Below the pieces are notes generated by a model. The model saw only the letters and a program-made list of their open reading frames with translations, had not been told where the DNA came from and ran no database searches. Shown here piece by piece: positions 57,796-64,000 of a DNA stretch of 64,000 bases. Both the position numbers and the translations under genes were made by a program. Origin of the DNA: Lophium mytilinum. Taxonomy: Eukaryota. Each line of letters opens with the position of its first letter. The first letter of the stretch is position 1. The DNA lies in the NCBI GenBank assembly GCA_010093605.1, contig MU004195.1, positions 1,627,566 to 1,691,565 on the forward strand, in the 5' to 3' direction.

Positions 57796-60684
57796 ATGGA
57801 AGATCGACGACGCCCATTTCAAGAGGTTTCCGTAAGGTCCATCGTGGGGCACAAGGGCGCCGAGAGATTTGAACATGACGACAAACCGAAGAGGGTATGC
57901 GATTGGCGTGTCAACCTGGTAGGCCTTCGTTGTTCCGTTTTACTGTGTTACGTCTTAGGTATAGGCACACTTTCTGCCACCGCGTGTAGGCTTTCATAGC
58001 TTTCTCAGAAATCTCGTTCAGATGAGAGTCCGCCTTTTGACCGGCTAGTCAACCAGCGGCGAAGATATGTATACGTATTAGAAGTGTGATCCGTCTGAAA
58101 TTGGCATGAGGCACCACAAACAGTACCGTGTGCGGATATCTACAAACACGCACTGCATAAATATCGTCACGCCCGTGTACTTCTTGCCCTTGAATGGGGC
58201 ATTCGCTAACAGCTTCTTCATAGACCGCACTCTCGAAAAAGTGCAACCTGTTCTTCATTGCCTGTTCCGAAGAGATACATATCCATCGTCCAACGTTTCC
58301 CGAGCAGAGGCTGTCCAGTAAACCTATCTTGAAGCTTCGTCTGCCCGTGTCGAGGCCCGGCCTACAAGGCTATCTTGATCCCCACAATCCGCACTCTGTG
58401 AATCGTGTCCTTCTTGACTTTCTCGGCCACGAGGAAGCGCTTCTAGTTGCCTGTGACGATGGAGACGTCATCGGGTTCTTCGTCAAGGACATCCTTAAGC
58501 AGGAGCCTCACGCCGCCACCGCTCCAGACGACGTTTGTTCGGTCCGCCCTTTCTTCCACTTGAACGTTGGGAGGAGCGCTTGGGGCTTGGCTATTCATAG
58601 CGAAGCTCGGTTGATTGCTGTCAGTGCAAACACCCGCAAGGTTACCGTGTTCGCGTTGGCACTCAGCCTATCTGCGGAATCTTTAGCTTTGAATCCGTAA
58701 GAGTTTCCCCCCTTTTAGTGTACTCTTGCTTGCTATTGTTCGGAATCCCTCCATATGTCATCAAGAATTTGAATTGATTCCAACCTCATCCTACTAGGCG
58801 ATATGTGGACTCGCTGCACCACAATAGACAGCAGGAAAAGAGTGCACACACTTTTACTAACGAAATCCTAGGCCGCGAACCTATGAAATGAAGTTAGAAT
58901 CGAAAGACATGGGCGACAACATTCCGTCAATTCATTTCAACAACACCGGCTTAGATCGCAAGGGCCAATGGCTACTATGCGGCACCATTGCCGGGCATGT
59001 CATCGTCTGGGATACTCACCGAACACCATTCTACGCCGAGACTCTTAGTGTCGGCTCTTGTTTTGGCGTCGTGCATGAAGTACAGCAACCTGACCAATGC
59101 ACATGCATCGATCAACACGGATATCCACACGCTATCTGGAATTCCGTGTTCCTAGATCCTCGATCTTTCAAGTACACTCGTCGAATTGAAGTAGCTCTTG
59201 GAACCCCTAAGAAGGAACAGTCTACCTCGTTTTGGGACATTTCGGCAAGCAAACTCGACATCCCTGGAGGGCAAAAGCTCCTTGGAAGCCCTGATGGTCG
59301 CCCCCCTTTATCCGCAATTGTGAGTATTGACAACACTGGCGCTATAGTCGTTATTGACGGTGAATGGAATCACGACGATGATTCCACTGGGGAAGAGGAA
59401 GGAGAGCCTATTGGTATAGACCGAGCAACTGACCAACCGAGGTGAGTCTTTCTGCTACAAATCGAGGAACGTTATCATGGGTCTGCAATGCGTTTCTGGC
59501 GCTACGTATGGGGCTTCAGGGAGTCTTCGAGAATTCGAGCGAGACGAAAATTTAGTAATCCACATCCTGGCTGGGCCACCTCAGACAGAGATGCCCGGGG
59601 TTCAAATCGTTGACTCCTAGAAGCCTCATACAGTACTAGAACATGAGTCTGGGCCCATGGATTAATCACTGCTTGGGTCGAACCCTGCTCACTCAACACC
59701 AATCCAAGAGGGGATTGGCTCCTGAGCAGTCAGCCAGTCAAGAGGCATCCTGATCTGCACTTCTTGAAAGTCGACATCGCCCTTGGATCTTCGAGATCTT
59801 GTGGGTGTTCCTCAAGCAGTGGTGAACAAGTGTGCCCAGACTCGTGGCCTGTCACTGTACCGGCCGACTTGCCGCCTTTCACGATTCGTTGAACAAGAGT
59901 GGCAGTTTACGAATGGGTGATACATCACCACTCTTCGGTTATGCATAATTTCCTGGCACTGTTCGAGGCCCCGTGGCAGGTTAAGAGAACTCAGGAAGTC
60001 TGACAGTTCTCCGGGCCACCTCAGACGGATTCGTATAAACTGCCACTTGTGTTCAACGAAGCCTACCTCCTAGGGTCCACCCGCCAATTATCAGTACATA
60101 CCTTACTAACGCATACTAGTCCGCCTTTCTACTTGGGACAAGAATTCTCGGACGGCGACCGTACACCTTCATCCGATTCCCACTGCCCCGTCCTCATCGT
60201 TGCGAAAAGGGACCTATTCCTAGTGCAACCACTCACCTCCGAGGGCTGGTGTCGGCGCCTGCCCGTCATCGCATTCCACGACCCTCTTGCCCAAAACCAG
60301 ACTCAATTTCCCAAGTCACGAGACCGAATATGCTTCATTGAGCAGATCCCCGAGCTCGGCGTGGTCATCGTTGCGTCCAGCATCGGCCGCGCTGCCGTCA
60401 TCACTTTGACTCAAAGCGACGAACTCGACGAGGAGGATCTCCCAAAACCCGTGTACGGCTTTCGATTGGACCATCTTCTCCCGTTTCCAGAACAAGAGAA
60501 GGATGGCTGGCGGCGTGGGTGGATGCTCGGTATTGCCGCCAGTCCTTTGCAGGGGATGCTGGACGCGGAGGGGGTCCGTCGTTGGCGGCTTATGCTCTAT
60601 TACGCGGATCATACGGTGTTGGCGTATGAGATAGGCAAGATTAGGGAGCCGCAAAACCAGGGCGTTGAGGCACTGGTGATTTAG
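57796..60684 (+). CDS. CRT10: CRT10-like WD40 protein, multi-exon
   Basis: Spliced WRVNL|TALS...NLFFIA, PHSVN, LGHEEALLVACDDGDV, SAWGLAIH, NIPSI, QIPELGVVIVAS..GRAAV, RWRLMLYYADHTVLAYEI. Introns ~57919-58223, 58697-58871 and 59442-60119. Confidence 0.85.
59631..59857. mobile_element. MITE copy D, inside a CRT10 intron
   Basis: TA|CAGTACTAGAACATGAGTCTGGGCCC ... GTGTGCCCAGACTCGTGGCCTGTCACTG|TA, with clear TIRs and TA on both sides. Confidence 0.85.
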
Positions 60685-60908
60685 TTCTCGGGACGAGGGA
60701 TTGGCGTTTCATGGGGCGGTTCTCACGACGAAGAAGTAAGAAGGTCTTTCGGTCTTTGTTTCTGCATGAATACCCATGGGTGCTTCCGGCTTTCCTTTCA
60801 CACATTCATGACCCATGGAGCTCTTTTCCCCATTGTGGTTTAAATACGTCCCATGATGGTAGACTATGTAAACGTCTTTATCGCTTTCTATGGTGCTCCG
60901 ACTACCTA

Positions 60909-61125
60909 TAGTGCTAGGCCACAAGTCTAGAACACGGACGTATCTCTCACTCACAAGACACCACTGTGAGGGTATTTGAGTATTCCAGTAGCCCATCTAG
61001 TCATTAGCCAGCGAGGCAAAGCGCAGTCTACATTTCATTGCTTGGAACCTGACATCGCACCTAGGTGTTTAAAACCTATGGGGTAGCTCTAGGCAGAGGG
61101 CAGGGTACATGGACCATTATCACCG
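60909..61125. mobile_element. MITE copy E (degenerate)
   Basis: TA|TAGTGCTAGGCCACAAGTCTAGAACAC; interior gacaccactg, cagtcta, tgacatcgc, aaacctatggggtagc. Confidence 0.7.
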
Positions 61126-62433
61126 TGAAAAGAAGATATCGCCGGAACGACTCGGTAGCTTGGGTGTGTTGAAACTAACTCCCAAAGACCGTTTCCTCTG
61201 GCCTGGAGACGTCAGTCTGAATCCAGAACCTGCGCGAATAGACCTGCGGGCTGCTTATCGGAGATGCTATGCAGAATCTTCGAGAAAATAGATTGGTAAA
61301 GGGGTTGTTGATTGCAGGCCGTAGCGTCTGATATTAGGTAGAAGGCTAGCAAATATACAGGAATGGACCCAAGTTTAGACCAAGGAGCCAGACCTCTGTT
61401 GGGTATGTTAATCACCTACAGCAATCAATGCGGTGGCAAAATCCAATCAGACCGTCCCCATCATCTCGTAGAAGCGCGTTCTGCTTCTAAAGTCGGATCC
61501 CTTAGTCACAGCAGAGTTCCGTTCTCTCTAGCCTGCGGTACGCCTGAAGTTTCAAAGACTACTCCTTTTGCACCCTTTTGGGGTCTGGGAACGTGACCAA
61601 CGCAATTCCATGTTATTATTCGGTAACTCTCACTTTTAGTTGAATTGAGGACTTCTCATGTGATCCACACATGCTCTCACTCTCGGCGGTTCGCAACCTC
61701 CTATAAATGAGGCTCCACAGGAACGGTTGCTTCCTTCTATGGCAAGTTTATGTTCTGGATTAGAGAAGCAGAATCATAGGTGTGGCATTCTTTTTACGGG
61801 TACTGTGGAATTTCTTCAAAGACTGAGCCCATCACCCATCCATGAGAGGAAGCTGAAGTCATGGAGGTATGAAACAGCTACACGATTCGTCCTGGATGTG
61901 TATGGAAACCCAAGATGATAATTTCAGTCACTTGTCTCTTCAAAAACCGGGCATTGCCGTGCGAACGAGGTAGCAACATTCATACCCCAAAAGAAAAGTG
62001 TTTTCTCCACCGGTTTAGGTAGATGTTGAATAGCATCAGTAGTATATTAAAATGATCACCGGAAGGTCGTGCACCCCGTGCACTGCCACTTCAAGGCATC
62101 ATGCATTTCGTAATCGTAGTTGATTCCTCACCTGGCCTCTCACAATCCAACCGGGCCATAATGGATCTTGTTCTGAAATTTTGAAACCTTAGCGAAATGG
62201 TCTTTGTACCGATTATGACTGGGGGGAGAGCCGCAGAGGCCTTCGGAACCTGAGTCACATGGCTACGCACGTATGGTCCGCTGCATCAGCCCGTCACTCA
62301 CTAGTTCTGAGAATGTTGTCCGTTGGAACTGTAATGATTCAACGATACCACCGAATAACTTTTGATATTTCCTTTCCTTCAATATTCCCATTGGCCTCCC
62401 TAGCATCCTACAGTTCCTCATCCCCCTTTCCAC

Positions 62434-64000
62434 CTAGTGATGGAACAACCGGATATGCTGCTCCACAAACGTAACCCCCAACTTCTCCGCCGCCTCCATG
62501 ACCACCCCATCGTTCTGGCTCCCAGTCGGCGCCGCCAGATACTTAACCCCACTCCGCGCCGCGCGATATACGTTATCCACGAACGGGAAGAACGCATCAC
62601 TGCTCAGCGCTACCTCGCTCAGCTTCCCGAGGAACTCCTTCCGCTCTTCAGCCGTGAACGCCTTCGGTGCCTGACCAGGCTCGAAGTTAGCTTCGAACTC
62701 GTCAAGCTCGGGGCCCGGGGCGGTCGGGATGGAGCCGGAGCAGAGGAGGTCGATGGCGTTGGATTTGGAGGGGCGTTTGGTGCCTTTCTTGAAGGTGAGG
62801 GCGAGGGTGCGTTCGTGGAAGCGGAGCCACCAGTTGTCGGCCTTGTCGCCGGCGAGGCGGGTGCAGTGGATGCGAGCTGTTCGTGAGGTCAGTGTTATAT
62901 GAAGGGGATGGGGAGGAGAGACACTGACATTGTTGGCCGGCACCCAGGCCGATGACTTGACCATTTAGGGCGTAGCAGACGCTGTTGGACTAGAAAGCAT
63001 GAGGTGCTGTCGAAATGATGTCGATGCATTAGCTTACCTGAGTGTACTTGAGCGCAATGGTAGCGACGGTCAAGTCTCGAAGTGCTGATTCGGGTAGCGG
63101 CGCGGAGTCTTTAGGGGTGATGATAGTATTGAAGGTGTTAGACGGCGAGATATGAGCGTCATTGCGCTGCTGTCGCAGGTTGATGCCGTAAACTGACCGC
63201 GTCTCGGTGGCTGGTGGGTCGTACTCGGGGTCCATTTGGAGGACTAGGTACTTACCGCCCTTCTTCTTCTTGAGTATTTCGAGGGCTTCCGCAGAGTAGC
63301 CAGGTGCGATGACCCCGTCAGAGACTTCGCGGCTGATGATCTTTGCTGTTGGAAGCTACGTTGTTTGAGTAAAGAAGACCAACATGAGGAAGTAGGACGG
63401 CATACATCAACTTCTGACGATAGCGCTATCATGTCACCGAAGCTTGACATGCGATCAGCTCCACGGGCGCGAGCATAAGCTTGAGCCAGACCAGACTTCT
63501 CGATACCTTCGATATCATCCACCATATATACCTTTCTCTCGACGTCATTGAGAGGGACACCAATAGCTGCTCCTGCTGGCGAGACGTGCTAGTGATGAGT
63601 TAGCATGAAGTATCCATTAAGTGAAGGAGCCAATACCTTGAAGCTCGTAGCAGCAGGGTAGTTCAGAGCCTGGCTGAGCTCCTTCACCAAAGGCCAGGCA
63701 TTGAGAGCATCAAGTAGGTTGATATACCCCGGAGATCCACATAGAACCTTGAACGGCAGTGCCGAATCCTTCATGAAGACAGCAGCCGGCTTCTGATGTG
63801 GGTTCGCGCCATATCGCAATGCCAGCTGCTGTTGTCCATCTCCAGCATACTTCTTCCGGAAGAAGTCCGAGATTGCGGTATCGTAGTCCGCGGTCTGCTC
63901 AAACGCCTTGAGAGCGTAAAGCTGCCTGCTCTTCTCCGACACGTCGCCCTCTTTCTCTAGCTCGGTGAGGAAATCGTGGTAGTCTTTGGGGTCGCTGATG
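62434..64000 (-). CDS. ADE17: Bifunctional AICAR transformylase/IMP cyclohydrolase, 3' part (5' end outside the window)
   Basis: [51 protein letters not shown]-terminal RLFHH. Confidence 0.97.

Noticed and set aside
58697..58871. Stwintron or micro-exon inside the CRT10 intron (internal CTAG at ~58797)
   Set aside because: A single canonical intron already preserves the frame; the alternatives break it.
61561..62001. Possible second MITE family (cttttggggt ... accccaaaag)
   Set aside because: Only a ~10-bp inverted match and no second copy in the window.

Overview
Intron-containing fungal genomic DNA (filamentous ascomycete; a Dothideomycete such as Elsinoe/Myriangiales is my best guess). 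A backbone of conserved genes is present: WDR21/DCAF4-like, SelO/FMP40, ORC5, a Rab2/Rab4-like GTPase, GFA/Mss4-like, FCP1/NIF-type HAD, Mis6/CENP-I, ssSPT, an mtRF-R/C12orf65-like release factor, CRT10-like and ADE16/17. Fast-evolving accessory material is interleaved with it. (1) A five-member intronless family with a central F-box-like motif and a C-terminal Cys cluster lies in the first 23 kb (3 intact, 2 frameshifted). (2) A ~225-bp TA-flanked Tc1/mariner-type MITE appears to have had its core amplified into ~151-bp tandem arrays, with arrays of opposite orientation bracketing one family pseudogene. (3) There are four BTB genes: one carries multiple SUMO-interacting motifs, another has a coding-like frame continuing past its TGA. 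(4) A HET gene is interrupted only by a single TAG at a conserved Trp codon. (5) An orphan four-zinc-finger protein lies next to a tRNA-like Pol III A/B-box element. All calls are by eye; no database searches were run.
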